From: a virus
IMG/VR virus record: IMGVR_UViG_3300010372_000004
Span: 10,659 to 74,658 of that record
Length of the DNA stretch: 64,000 nt
Direction: 5' to 3' (one strand)
A program made the translations under genes and the position numbers. The first letter of the stretch is position 1; the number at the start of each line of letters is the position of its first letter. Below the pieces are notes generated by a model, which was not told the origin of the DNA, made no database searches, and was given only the letters and a program-made list of their open reading frames with translations. Of this stretch, positions 8,488 to 18,417 are shown piece after piece.

Positions 8488-9031
8488 CATTTTCTATGCT
8501 TAAACTTTCAGTAATGGCTTTTACACCTTCTTCACCAAGTAAAGCTAAAGCTTGGTGCTTTTTGGTATTTTCAATTAAACGAGCAACTGCCAAGTCTACA
8601 GCTTTCTTTTCTCGTTCTGCTGTTTTATTGGTTTCACTTGAACCAGCCAGAGGTAGGACTTGCACCAGATACTTCAAACGCAATGGGTCAATTTGTAATT
8701 CCAGTTCTGAATAGGTCATAACCTTTAAAATTTCTACAATAGTGTAAGGTTGTGCAGAATTTACTTCAGTTGGCATAACTCCATAAATAGTTTTTTCTGG
8801 GATTTTATGTGGTTGTGTAAACTGTTCAAGCCCATTCAAAACCAATCCGACTTGTTCTGGTTGAACCTCTTTTTGTTGCTGAATAATTTGATCATACTGT
8901 TCCTTGGTTACTTTCGCAGTATAACCACGGTCTTGAGATTTAGGATAACGATATTCTACAAAGAAAATTTCTTCATCCATTAATGCTAAAATTGCTGCTG
9001 CTGCTTGTCCACGTAATGTGTTTGAAGTCAT
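8474..9031 (-). CDS. Hypothetical protein
   Basis: 185-aa ORF, SD AAGGA. Confidence 0.7.
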   Translation of the reverse strand: MTSNTLRGQAAAAILALMDEEIFFVEYRYPKSQDRGYTAKVTKEQYDQIIQQQKEVQPEQVGLVLNGLEQFTQPHKIPEKTIYGVMPTEVNSAQPYTIVEILKVMTYSELELQIDPLRLKYLVQVLPLAGSSETNKTAEREKKAVDLAVARLIENTKKHQALALLGEEGVKAITESLSIENVDMK

Positions 9032-9042
9032 GGTGATTTCCT

Positions 9043-9282
9043 TTATGGGTTTTTTGGGGGATTTAAATTCTTTTCAGCTCTTAAAAAATTAACTATCTCA
9101 TTAATTTTTTTATTTGCTGTTGAATCAGACATCACTGGTGTTTTTACCTCAGTACCATTTTTTATAATAAAAACAATACCTTCTGCGATATTTGGGTTAC
9201 TTGATTTGTGGTAGGTTGTTGCTCCTACCACATGATTTAGGTCTATAATGAAGTTTTCAATGTACCACCAGTTGGGTTTCAT
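9043..9282 (-). CDS. Hypothetical protein
   Basis: SD AGGAG; tight packing. Confidence 0.65.
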   Translation of the reverse strand: MKPNWWYIENFIIDLNHVVGATTYHKSSNPNIAEGIVFIIKNGTEVKTPVMSDSTANKKINEIVNFLRAEKNLNPPKNP

Positions 9283-9284
9283 AT

Positions 9285-9674
9285 TTACTCCTTTTTCTTT
9301 GGTTGAATACCAATACAGTCAAAACCTACGATCTTGGTTGAAGAACCCCGATCATCTAAAAGAATACCGTAAACACTAACATTGACTCGGTCATTGTCCA
9401 TGAAATGAATATCGACACATTCATAATTAACGTCTGTTCCATTTTCATTTTTGAAGATGTTATAAGCGTCAAATTCTAAATGAGACCATTCGTGTAGTGA
9501 CACTCCATGCTCTCGAACTGTGTTCAAGGCATAGCCCATCAATTTTCTTACTGTCGCCCAATCGGTATCCTTTGTGTCAGTCAATTGTTTGATAGTATTG
9601 TCATTGTGTTTTTCAAAAATCTTTACTTTTTTGGTGTCTAAAACACCGACTGCTTTTTTCTGAGGTTTAGACAT
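9285..9674 (-). CDS. Hypothetical protein
   Basis: Translationally coupled ORF. Confidence 0.65.
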   Translation of the reverse strand: MSKPQKKAVGVLDTKKVKIFEKHNDNTIKQLTDTKDTDWATVRKLMGYALNTVREHGVSLHEWSHLEFDAYNIFKNENGTDVNYECVDIHFMDNDRVNVSVYGILLDDRGSSTKIVGFDCIGIQPKKKE

Positions 9675-10134
9675 TTTCCACCTTCGGAGTAACTGCTGGG
9701 ATTAAGTTTGCAATCGGACCTAATGCTTGAAGACTGATCACCATTTCTGCTGTGGTTTTGAGGGTTTCAAACCCATCAATTATTCTATCCACAATTTGAG
9801 ACCAAGATTCTTTTTCAAAGGGTTCCCATTTTACTGGTTCATTTCCAGTAAATTTAAACCATTCATTTTCAAAAGTATCATCATCAGCATCTAAAAGAAC
9901 GCCACTGAAGACAAAATCAAAAATTTTGGCACAATCGTCATAATAATCGCCTGTAGTGTTTTCATTGGTGAAGCCCAATCCACCAGCTAAGAAAGTACCT
10001 AAAGCTTGCTCTTTCAATTTGATTAAAACCTGTCGGTGAAGACCTCCAATTTTTTCAATGTGTTGGTCTAAATAATCTGTATTAATCATTTGGTGTTTCC
10101 TTCGTTTGTTCCATTTTACGGATGTGATCTTCAA
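9667..10134 (-). CDS. Hypothetical acidic protein (start probably MINTD, 10089)
   Basis: SD AAGGA before the internal ATG. Confidence 0.6.
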   Translation of the reverse strand: MKITSVKWNKRRKHQMINTDYLDQHIEKIGGLHRQVLIKLKEQALGTFLAGGLGFTNENTTGDYYDDCAKIFDFVFSGVLLDADDDTFENEWFKFTGNEPVKWEPFEKESWSQIVDRIIDGFETLKTTAEMVISLQALGPIANLIPAVTPKVENV

Positions 10135-10570
10135 TCGCTTTCCGTAATGGTGTTTGGTTTGGTTTAAAACTTCTGATAGAAGAAATGTTTTTACTAAACT
10201 TTTCTACCATAATGTTTTTTTCAAAAACATGAAGAATATCCTTATCTTTAACATTTAAATAAGGAGTTAGACTTCTATTTATACCTAAAGAACCTTGATA
10301 ACATTTAGATAATTTCTGATTGAGTTCAAGAAGGTAACTTTTTAACCCAAAACCTTCTTTTTTGACCTCAGCAGTTCTTCTTAAATCTTCAATCGTTAAT
10401 TTTATTCCAAAACCAGCTGTTTTATCCATCAAGATAGATGGGTTTATTTTTTGATGCGTTTCAAATAGTTTTTCCAGTTTTGAAAAATCTGCTTTTACTA
10501 AATTAAAAGGTGAAGAACAACTCCACCGTTTTGTTTTATCCATTTTAATCCTCAACATTGTAAGGGTCAT
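10082..10570 (-). CDS. Hypothetical basic protein (start probably MDKTK, 10544)
   Basis: SD GAGGA before the internal ATG. Confidence 0.55.
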   Translation of the reverse strand: MTLTMLRIKMDKTKRWSCSSPFNLVKADFSKLEKLFETHQKINPSILMDKTAGFGIKLTIEDLRRTAEVKKEGFGLKSYLLELNQKLSKCYQGSLGINRSLTPYLNVKDKDILHVFEKNIMVEKFSKNISSIRSFKPNQTPLRKAIEDHIRKMEQTKETPND

Positions 10571-10778
10571 AAGGGTCAGGAATCTTTAGATCGTGTAAAG
10601 CATTCACCATTCCGCAATCAAATTCTTTACGTCCAAAAGGGTCATCCTGTTCTAACCACAATCGTCTGGCAGTTTCTGAGTTGGGACTTTTATTCCACTC
10701 AGAAACTACATATTGATAACCACGGTTATGTAAATCTTGTGGGTCTTCTTTGAAGAAGTTAACCAACCATTTAAACAT
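10545..10778 (-). CDS. Hypothetical protein
   Basis: Coupled ORF. Confidence 0.6.
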   Translation of the reverse strand: MFKWLVNFFKEDPQDLHNRGYQYVVSEWNKSPNSETARRLWLEQDDPFGRKEFDCGMVNALHDLKIPDPYDPYNVED

Positions 10779-11469
10779 TTACCGATTCCTTTTCTTTCAA
10801 TACTTTAGTAATGACACGCTTTGGTACTCGTTCTAAGTACCAGCAGTTGCTATGTCCAGACTTTGCGATAAACTTTGCATCAGGATTCTTTTTGATGTAG
10901 TAACCTACAGCTTCTGCTGTAATATCACCACGGAAAAACAATTCTGAAATATACTTATATTCCTGACTCATATTGAATATTGGCTTAGTCAAAGCCTGTG
11001 CTTCAGTCAATAATTTTGCAGTGCTTGGAATATCTTTTTTCTTCAAGATCATTGCTGTTTTGTACTCTGGGCGACCTTTACGATCTCGCTTATATTCGTA
11101 TGAAACTTCATAACCCAATAAATTGGTTAATATCTTTTCCATGCAATTTAAGCCACAAGCACCATCTACTTTTAAGTAATCATCTTTAAAAGAAAAACCA
11201 TAAAAATTGTCACATTGTCCAGTCAGTTCTAGTAAAGCATTCTTGAATTGATCTTTGATAAATTGACCAACTGCTGACCCTTGCATATCATAACCACCGC
11301 CACATTCTCGGTACTTTCCATCGTTTCCGCAAACACCAGTTAAAGTGACTAAGTTATACCCATAAGTATTCTGACCACGGCTTGTACCATAGGTGAATGC
11401 TAACTCCAAATATTTCGGTAAATTAGCAAAAGTTTCTGGTTTCATTTTCATATTTTTCATGTGAGACAT
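10771..11469 (-). CDS. Conserved phage early protein with a GGGYD motif (start probably 11460)
   Basis: 'SRGQNTYGYN', 'CGGGYDMQG', 'DGACG'; function unknown. Confidence 0.65.
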   Translation of the reverse strand: MSHMKNMKMKPETFANLPKYLELAFTYGTSRGQNTYGYNLVTLTGVCGNDGKYRECGGGYDMQGSAVGQFIKDQFKNALLELTGQCDNFYGFSFKDDYLKVDGACGLNCMEKILTNLLGYEVSYEYKRDRKGRPEYKTAMILKKKDIPSTAKLLTEAQALTKPIFNMSQEYKYISELFFRGDITAEAVGYYIKKNPDAKFIAKSGHSNCWYLERVPKRVITKVLKEKESVNV

Positions 11470-11514
11470 TCCTGTATTTAGGTTAAATTTACTTTTAAAT
11501 TTTGAAGTTACTGA

Positions 11515-11850
11515 TTACTCAGTAACTTCAATCCAGCCATTTGAAACTACAACACCTTGCTTCACTAGCATCACATTTTGGTGTACTTCACCTTGTTTGA
11601 TATTGAACCAAGTATTAAAACCCAATGCTTCACAAATCGCATTGATTCGGTTTCGTGTAGTGTTTGTGACATAACCACAGAAATTTACTTTCAATTTATT
11701 TTTACTGTGATCATATTCAGCAATACGATTTCCATGTAAATCAATTGTTGATATTTCTGTTGCAACAGAATATTTAACTGTTGTGTTAGATACCGACAAA
11801 CTTCCACGTGTTTTTAAGGCTTGAGTTACTTTAGTTTCAGCTACGTTCAT
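11515..11850 (-). CDS. Conserved phage protein, function unknown
   Basis: 'LHGNRIA...GY.TNTTRNRINA', a pattern I recall from many phage early regions. Confidence 0.65.
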   Translation of the reverse strand: MNVAETKVTQALKTRGSLSVSNTTVKYSVATEISTIDLHGNRIAEYDHSKNKLKVNFCGYVTNTTRNRINAICEALGFNTWFNIKQGEVHQNVMLVKQGVVVSNGWIEVTE

Positions 11851-11870
11851 GGTTTTGCTCCAAGGTTTTT

Positions 11871-11924
11871 GGTTAATAAGTTTGGTTTGGTTAATAAGTT
11901 TGGTTTGATTAATTGAGTTTAGTT
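11871..11924. repeat. 18-bp tandem repeat
   Basis: GGTTAATAAGTTTGGTTT twice, plus a degenerate third copy. Confidence 0.85.
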
Positions 11925-13041
11925 AAACAGTTTGAGTCATACCTAATTTTTTATAATTAGGTGTGAACTCAACATCTTTCATTTCTTTGTAGTAATCAAA
12001 ATGTTCAATCACAGCAGCTTCTGATTCAAAACCACCGCATGATTCATTCTGATTAATTACATAAGCTTCAAATCGTGAGTCATATTCACAATCATCTTGA
12101 TCTTTATATTTCCAAAGATCATTTTCAGGGACAATGAAGTAAACTTCACCCCAATACCAATCTCCTTCAAGGTATTGATTCACAACTTTAAGTACATTTT
12201 CATAACCTTCTGGTTTTTCTGAAATAATTAAACAATTTGAGGAATCATAATCAGAAGCTGTGTCAATACTGAAATTAATGTGACTTTCACCTAATTGACC
12301 CCATTCCACATATTGATTGCATTCAACATAAATATACTCAAGACTTTGAGTTAAACGTGTTTCAAAGTCTGGGTCTGGAATCATGAAAAAATTCTCAAAG
12401 TTATACGTGTCGTAATAACCACGTAAGAATAAATCCAGAACATTATCCAAATCAGTGACGTTGTTTACTTCAAGTTTTTCAAGCATCTCCACATAACGAG
12501 ACGTTGTTGCTTCAATCCAGTCGGAGCCTGTCTCATCAACACAGTTTTGAATACGCTGATACAGATTGTCATTCTGAAAAATCACCAATTCTTTTAAATA
12601 AATGGTTTCAGTGATTTTTTCAAACACTTCATATCGGTCAGTATTTTCAACTTGTTTCATATATTCAATATGTGAATCAACAAGTGGTTTCCACCACTCT
12701 TTGAATATGTGTTTAGCTGCTGAATCAAAATCAACTTCTTGTTTAAAAGTATGGGTGCTTGCCAAATCTTTTACAGTGATTTCCCAATGTTTCACGGCTC
12801 TTGAGAAACCATCTCCTACAGCTTCATAGCCCTCATCCATAGCTTGACATACAGAAGCATACAAAGAGGAAGCACCATTAAAAATGTCAGAGCGTATTTC
12901 TTCATGTTTAAACCCATTGTGTGAGATTGAATTATCTTCCCAGTCTGAGTAATCACCCAGAGTGTTCCACGGGCGTTCATCATCTTCAATTAAAATAGCG
13001 TAATTACTTTTATCAAAGCGATGGATGTTATGTTCAGTCAT
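11923..13041 (-). CDS. Large acidic early protein (possible DNA mimic / anti-restriction)
   Basis: Very D/E- and aromatic-rich; C-terminal 'QYLEGDWY...ESCGGF'. Function is inference. Confidence 0.55.
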   Translation of the reverse strand: MTEHNIHRFDKSNYAILIEDDERPWNTLGDYSDWEDNSISHNGFKHEEIRSDIFNGASSLYASVCQAMDEGYEAVGDGFSRAVKHWEITVKDLASTHTFKQEVDFDSAAKHIFKEWWKPLVDSHIEYMKQVENTDRYEVFEKITETIYLKELVIFQNDNLYQRIQNCVDETGSDWIEATTSRYVEMLEKLEVNNVTDLDNVLDLFLRGYYDTYNFENFFMIPDPDFETRLTQSLEYIYVECNQYVEWGQLGESHINFSIDTASDYDSSNCLIISEKPEGYENVLKVVNQYLEGDWYWGEVYFIVPENDLWKYKDQDDCEYDSRFEAYVINQNESCGGFESEAAVIEHFDYYKEMKDVEFTPNYKKLGMTQTV

Positions 13042-13087
13042 TTCGATATTCCTATATTTAGGTTATTTAATTTCTATTTTTCAGCGT

Positions 13088-13456
13088 TTAAGCTGCTGAA
13101 ACTTTAGGGGTTTTGTCTTCTAAACTTTTTAATAAAAAGTTCAGTAGCTCGTATAAAGGACCACCGATGTTGTGTGTTGTGGTTACATCAGTGAAGATTA
13201 TATTTAGAATATTGGTTAATAATTTTTCATGATCATAACCAATTTTGTGGTAAATAGAAGCTTCTGAGGTTCCAGTAGATTTTACATGTTCTAAAAGATA
13301 CTGAAGTGTTCCCAGTTCTTTATCAATTAGGTCAAAAACCCCTGCTTGTTTTGCTCGCATTTTAAAATCAGTGCTGGACAACACCTGTGCAATTGTTGCC
13401 AATTCAAACGATTTAATAATCACCTTACTAATTAAGCTCATGGTTTTTCTCCACAT
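13088..13456 (-). CDS. Hypothetical protein (start probably MSLIS, 13441)
   Basis: SD GGAG. Confidence 0.6.
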   Translation of the reverse strand: MWRKTMSLISKVIIKSFELATIAQVLSSTDFKMRAKQAGVFDLIDKELGTLQYLLEHVKSTGTSEASIYHKIGYDHEKLLTNILNIIFTDVTTTHNIGGPLYELLNFLLKSLEDKTPKVSAA

Positions 13457-13667
13457 TAACGAAATAAGTTATTTCGGTTTGGTTGTTTTTTATGGCAGAA
13501 ATTACAGTAACTGAATATTCACCATTCAGTTTTTTTCGTAATAACGCCATGTTTACTGATCGTCGAAACTTTTCTGCTTCTTCTTTATCAGAAATGTTCC
13601 ACGTGAAACCATCTATGGTTTCTTCAACAATATTATTGATAGCTTCTGATATTGGAAATTGTTTCAT
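13428..13667 (-). CDS. Hypothetical protein
   Basis: Operon packing. Confidence 0.6.
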   Translation of the reverse strand: MKQFPISEAINNIVEETIDGFTWNISDKEEAEKFRRSVNMALLRKKLNGEYSVTVISAIKNNQTEITYFVNVEKNHELN

Positions 13668-13678
13668 AAGGACCTACT

Positions 13679-14281
13679 TTATAGTGTTTCAATTCGAATA
13701 ATGTCGTGAGGGCTATAATCAACAATTCGTTCAGAACAGTCACGACCATCTTGGTGATAACGTCGATTACGAACACGTGGGTCACTACCTAATAAACCTA
13801 AGTTTAAAAATACTTGACCTGTTTCGCTATCCACAAATTTTCCAAGCAGCATATACCACAGTCCGTTTCGAGTTTGAATTTTGCTGTGTTGTTTCACAAG
13901 ATTGCTGTCCAACAAATCAAACTTTTTATGTGAGACATGATTTTTGTATGCTGCTGTTTTAATGATGAAAGAATTTTCACCTTCACCAACTGTTACTTTA
14001 ACTACATCTGCTTGATTTGTTTCATTATTTGGTAAAAAACTACCAGTTTCAGAAATAACAATTTCTGCACCAACTTGGCGATCTTCACGTTTAGAGTATC
14101 GGGTTAAATTAAATTTAACTCGTTTTGGTCCCGCTATGTGAGGTGTTTCCATTTGTGTTGTTTCACGTGGAACATCAGAAATCACGCTGGCGTTCAAAAC
14201 TCGAAAGCTCAAACCGCTGGCTATTGTGATGAACTTGATTTCATCAAGATGTTGAATAAAATTGTTTTCTTGGTTTGTCAT
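13679..14281 (-). CDS. Hypothetical protein
   Basis: 200-aa ORF, ATGA-coupled to the upstream gene. Confidence 0.65.
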   Translation of the reverse strand: MTNQENNFIQHLDEIKFITIASGLSFRVLNASVISDVPRETTQMETPHIAGPKRVKFNLTRYSKREDRQVGAEIVISETGSFLPNNETNQADVVKVTVGEGENSFIIKTAAYKNHVSHKKFDLLDSNLVKQHSKIQTRNGLWYMLLGKFVDSETGQVFLNLGLLGSDPRVRNRRYHQDGRDCSERIVDYSPHDIIRIETL

Positions 14282-14973
14282 ATCGGTATTCCTACAGTTT
14301 GTTTTAAAAAGATAACGTAACGATAGTCCATAGAGCTTTCAAATTGTCTTATATAAATTCCAATTTCGCTTCTTATGAACTCTTTGATTATTTCACCATC
14401 CAAATATCCAGATATTTGAGTGGCTCTGTTTTTTTCCCATTTGTGGCGTTCCACGGTTGATAATGTGACATACGGTGGAACCCTCATCTTTACAAAGCCA
14501 TAACCTAAGTCTTTTCTGGTAATTCGAACGACTGGGGGTTTTAGGTAATAACCTAGCAGAGTCAATGTAAAGTTGTCAGCCAACGCATTTGGATTAGCAT
14601 GAGGTACATGTTCCAAATATGTATCACTGGTATTAATTGGTACGAAATAACTTCCTGTCGGGTCTCCAATTAAAAGTCCATTATTTCGATATAAATACCA
14701 ACGTAAAAATCGACTTGGGTGACGATAAATACTTTGACCATAAGGGTAAACATTCTTTAAAAAAGTGTTTCGTTTCTTCTCACTTTTTGGATGAATGCGT
14801 TGTGCTCTTTGATACGTGGAACGTACCAAAGACAACCAGTTGGCTGCAAAAGAACCACTAGGGCATTGATTACCTTCCCAGTCCATAGCTTGTCTGGCTC
14901 GGTAATAAGCAGACTCATGAACTTTTTCAGGATTTAAAGGAACCAAAGCTGGGTCTTTGTCGAAATATTTCAT
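14278..14973 (-). CDS. Hypothetical basic, aromatic-rich protein
   Basis: 231-aa ORF. Confidence 0.65.
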   Translation of the reverse strand: MKYFDKDPALVPLNPEKVHESAYYRARQAMDWEGNQCPSGSFAANWLSLVRSTYQRAQRIHPKSEKKRNTFLKNVYPYGQSIYRHPSRFLRWYLYRNNGLLIGDPTGSYFVPINTSDTYLEHVPHANPNALADNFTLTLLGYYLKPPVVRITRKDLGYGFVKMRVPPYVTLSTVERHKWEKNRATQISGYLDGEIIKEFIRSEIGIYIRQFESSMDYRYVIFLKQTVGIPI

Positions 14974-14982
14974 AGTTTACTC

Positions 14983-15171
14983 TCAAGCATAATTTTTTAA
15001 GCTTTTAAGAATTAGATCAAACTCTGCTGTTCCACAAGAAAACAAACGTGAAACATAATCTTTTTCACCTTTTGTTGTTCTCCAACCTGTAATGCGTTTG
15101 ATCTTAGCATTCGCTTTTTCTCTGCTCATGCTAAATTTAACTTCACCATCGTCTGATCTAAATTCAATCAT
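14983..15171 (-). CDS. Hypothetical protein
   Basis: SD GAGGA. Confidence 0.55.
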   Translation of the reverse strand: MIEFRSDDGEVKFSMSREKANAKIKRITGWRTTKGEKDYVSRLFSCGTAEFDLILKSLKNYA

Positions 15172-15176
15172 GGTTG

Positions 15177-15659
15177 TTATTCCTCATCAGGGTCAACAAT
15201 TGAGACACAGAAATAATCACAAAATTGCCAATCTGTGTTATAGGCTTCTCGTTTTGAGTATGTGACTTTAACATATTCAGAACCCATAAACTCCTTGAAA
15301 AAAGCATGTGGATAACGTGCCCATTCTTCTTTTTGAGAATTGGCAATCGTTAAAGTTTTCAATTTATTCAATGTGTTGTGTCGAATAAAGTAGCTTGGAA
15401 CAGTTGACCAATGTTTTAATGGGTGGTGTTTGAATGCTAAAAATAGCATTTCACCCACATCTGAATAATCGTTGGCAAGAATTTTAGCTATATAAATAGG
15501 GTATTCATACTTACCATCTTTGGCTGTCTGAAAGGCAAAATCCACATAGAAATTACCATTGGTTGGGTCTTTCTGGTGATTACAGACAACTATTCGACCA
15601 TCGTTTTTTAATCGGTTGAATAATTGTATTGCTAAATTTGAAGTTTTAATACTCATCAC
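15177..15659 (-). CDS. Hypothetical protein (ATG at 15656)
   Basis: Preceded by the TAACCGA-N2-TCGGAGA motif. Confidence 0.65.
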   Translation of the reverse strand: MMSIKTSNLAIQLFNRLKNDGRIVVCNHQKDPTNGNFYVDFAFQTAKDGKYEYPIYIAKILANDYSDVGEMLFLAFKHHPLKHWSTVPSYFIRHNTLNKLKTLTIANSQKEEWARYPHAFFKEFMGSEYVKVTYSKREAYNTDWQFCDYFCVSIVDPDEE

Positions 15660-15686
15660 TATCTCCGACTTCGGTTAAATTTTATT

Positions 15687-15718
15687 TAAAACAACCACTT
15701 AGCTAAGTGGTTGTTTTA
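15687..15718. terminator. Perfect 32-bp palindrome, probable bidirectional terminator
   Basis: TAAAACAACCACTTAG|CTAAGTGGTTGTTTTA. Confidence 0.75.
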
Positions 15719-15736
15719 CAATTAATGTTTAATCAT

Positions 15737-15796
15737 TTGATTAAGCGGTTGATTAAGCGGTTGATTAAGCGGTTGATAAAGCAGTTGATTAATCAG
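15737..15796. repeat. 12-bp tandem repeat array
   Basis: TTGATTAAGCGG three times, then TTGATAAAGCAG and TTGATTAATCAG. Confidence 0.9.
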
Positions 15797-16115
15797 GAAT
15801 AACAAAAGTCTTTTTGTATTCTTTTAACTTTTCAACTGCTTTATCTTTGTCTTTATGATTTTGAAAACTGAGTGTTTTAATTCCAGCATTGTGTTTTGGA
15901 ATTAAAACACGCAAAGTATATAAGCGTTCAGTTCGGTCAAAGTTGTCTTCAATAGTTAAGAAGAAAATACAACCATCTTCTCGTTTTTGAAGTTTTGTGC
16001 AAATCTTACTGCCCCAGAAATTCATACTTTCTGGGTCAAAGAAATGACCTTCTGGGTTCCACTGTTCGTATGCTGCGGTTAAGTCTGCATCTGTTACATA
16101 ATTTGCTTTAGGCAT
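15789..16115 (-). CDS. Conserved phage protein ('HFFD..SM.FWGS' family)
   Basis: GHFFDPESMNFWGSKI...R.YTLR; function unknown. Confidence 0.65.
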   Translation of the reverse strand: MPKANYVTDADLTAAYEQWNPEGHFFDPESMNFWGSKICTKLQKREDGCIFFLTIEDNFDRTERLYTLRVLIPKHNAGIKTLSFQNHKDKDKAVEKLKEYKKTFVIPD

Positions 16116-16185
16116 GGTTAATGCTCCAAGGTTGTTTGGTTAGTTGGTTGGTTAATTGATTTAAGTTTAATTAAATTTATTAGGT

Positions 16186-17049
16186 TTACTTTTGAAGTAA
16201 ATCTAATAAATGTTGAGCGAGTTCAAATCGTTTTTCACCATAATCGCCAGTGTATAGTGGCAAAGTATCGTATGAATAATGACCTGCTTTATATATTATT
16301 TCTGGGTTTTCCATTTTTACGCTATAACTATCAGCTATTGGATATTGAATATTTCCACTAAAATGTTCCCATTTTTTAAAAGCAAAACGTAAAAACTCCT
16401 CCACATGATCAATATAGTTAGTACCTATATTGTCTTCTAAATTACTGCAAAGTCCTGTTATTTGATCGAGACTATAAGCATTTTCAGAACCAATAACGTC
16501 TACCTTTGGGTCTTCTTGAATATACTGTTTATCTTCAATCAAAGCTTTTAAAAAGTTTTCTAAATCATGCCAATATTTAGCATCATCTTTGAAAAAGATT
16601 TTTTTAACTAAATCTTTAAAATCTGTTTTTTCATGCAAAAGATTATATAAATCCTCTTTTGACATAAACAATTTCCCATCCTGTGTATAAACTTTTGGAA
16701 TTACCCATTCAGGTTCAAATTGATAATTCCTAGATGGTTCCAATGTTGCAAAAAACTTACTACACCATTTTGGGTTATATGTAATTTCAACATGTGATAC
16801 TAAACTTCGATCAATGGTTGATTCAGAAGCTTCGTCTATTTTTAATATTGGGTCATTGCTACACATAAAGGCGTGGACATTTTTCACACCTTCTTCAATA
16901 ACTCGCTGACGACCTGTTTCACGTGAATAAAACTGCACATTGGTTAAGATTAAGTTATCGCCACGGTCAATAACTTTCCCATTACTTAGTATAGAAAAAT
17001 CTCCACGGTGGAGATTTTTATATATTCGATATTTGAATTGGTTTTTCAT
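16186..17049 (-). CDS. Conserved phage protein, probably two domains
   Basis: N-terminal 'YKNLH..FSI...G.VI...GRQRV...KNVHAF' pattern; unrelated acidic C-terminal half. Confidence 0.65.
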   Translation of the reverse strand: MKNQFKYRIYKNLHRGDFSILSNGKVIDRGDNLILTNVQFYSRETGRQRVIEEGVKNVHAFMCSNDPILKIDEASESTIDRSLVSHVEITYNPKWCSKFFATLEPSRNYQFEPEWVIPKVYTQDGKLFMSKEDLYNLLHEKTDFKDLVKKIFFKDDAKYWHDLENFLKALIEDKQYIQEDPKVDVIGSENAYSLDQITGLCSNLEDNIGTNYIDHVEEFLRFAFKKWEHFSGNIQYPIADSYSVKMENPEIIYKAGHYSYDTLPLYTGDYGEKRFELAQHLLDLLQK

Positions 17050-17082
17050 TTACTTCTCCGAGAATCGGTTAGCTATTTTAAA

Positions 17083-17400
17083 TTAATCCTCTAAAAAGTT
17101 TTCCAGCTCTGGAAAACTTTCTGGTACTCCAAATTGTCTTTGGACAGCTTTCGTGTTGTTCCAGTCTTTAAACCACTGAGATTCAAATTTTTCATTTGCA
17201 TCTGTGACTTTATCTAAGTATTTTTGCAATTCTGCAATTATACGTTGATTTCTGTTAAAAATAATCCAGCCGTCTTCCAGTTGATCTGAGCTTAAAAAAT
17301 CATTGTGTCCACAACAAGTACAGACCTCTAAATGAAAATCTATAACGTCACAGCGTTTACACAACTTCCTTTTAGCATATTCTGGGTTAGCCACAGTCAA
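17083..17400 (-). CDS. Zinc-ribbon protein
   Basis: CKRC...CTCCG followed by a coiled coil. Confidence 0.6.
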   Translation of the reverse strand: MTVANPEYAKRKLCKRCDVIDFHLEVCTCCGHNDFLSSDQLEDGWIIFNRNQRIIAELQKYLDKVTDANEKFESQWFKDWNNTKAVQRQFGVPESFPELENFLED

Positions 17401-17776
17401 TACCTTCCCGAAAATGATGAAAACTTACATAAGGTAAATTTTTATCTTTGTGAAATTTACGTTCAGCAGCAAGTAAATTCTTTAAGCTCAGTTCAGAATC
17501 AACTTCATGCTTCCATTTATCTTTTACATCAACAGTCTGGTAATACCATTCGTTGCCATGTTTATAACCAACTTCTACAGTAGCTGGGTCAAAAAATTGA
17601 GTGTATTCACTACCGTCTGCAAATTTGGTAATGAGTACAAGTCTTGGTTGAGATCGGGACTTAGCCCATTCTCTCATTGCTGAATGAATCCTATCAGCGC
17701 AATAGTAGCGATAATCGGGGTGTCGCCAGTCTGGTTTTGGTAGCCATTTTTCATGATACGTTTGCGTCTTCATCAA
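17387..17776 (-). CDS. Hypothetical protein
   Basis: Coupled ORF. Confidence 0.6.
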   Translation of the reverse strand: MMKTQTYHEKWLPKPDWRHPDYRYYCADRIHSAMREWAKSRSQPRLVLITKFADGSEYTQFFDPATVEVGYKHGNEWYYQTVDVKDKWKHEVDSELSLKNLLAAERKFHKDKNLPYVSFHHFREGIDCG

Positions 17777-18176
17777 ATTTACTCCGAATACTTAACCCAT
17801 CAATGGTTGGGTTCCAGTCAATGTCTTGGACAGAATTACCTGACATTTTACAAACAACTATTTTCCCATTTAAATCTTTATAACCATTGAGGTTTTTGGA
17901 TTTCCAGATATGTTGAATGGTTAAAATTTGCTGTTTAATATCATCGAAAGTAGTATTAATATTGGTTTCATCCCAATAATTTAAAAGACTTTCCAAAGTT
18001 GGCATTACCGCCATTCTGGTTTCTGTCACAGTCCCATCTTTCTGAAATTTCAATTCGGCATAAAGACCTTGGGCTTTAGTATCACAGTCAGTTAAGACAC
18101 TGATATTTTCAATTGTTGCGATTTCTAAATTCATTATTGGCTCCAAACTAATCAAAGTCATATTCAAATTCACCAT
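17751..18176 (-). CDS. Hypothetical protein (true start probably internal)
   Basis: SD GGAG before MNLEI. Confidence 0.55.
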   Translation of the reverse strand: MVNLNMTLISLEPIMNLEIATIENISVLTDCDTKAQGLYAELKFQKDGTVTETRMAVMPTLESLLNYWDETNINTTFDDIKQQILTIQHIWKSKNLNGYKDLNGKIVVCKMSGNSVQDIDWNPTIDGLSIRSKFDEDANVS

Positions 18177-18417
18177 CTGAATTAATGAATTGCATCACAA
18201 AACTTTTCAGTTTGCTTTTCATCATTTTATTTTCAGACAGTAACTTTTGTGTGCGTTCCTGATAATATTCCATAGCTTTAGTGAACGCTTGATGTTCGGT
18301 TTCAGCTCTCATTGCCAAGTTCATGCTTTGAGCATGATCATATAACCAATAACCATCTCGGCATTTATGAAGGTTAAAAAATTCATTGCTGAGAATTTTT
18401 TCACATTTTTCAGCCAT
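18148..18417 (-). CDS. Conserved small phage protein
   Basis: 'CRDGYWLYD...MNLAMRA.TE..A...A..YYQ.R'. Confidence 0.65.
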   Translation of the reverse strand: MAEKCEKILSNEFFNLHKCRDGYWLYDHAQSMNLAMRAETEHQAFTKAMEYYQERTQKLLSENKMMKSKLKSFVMQFINSDGEFEYDFD

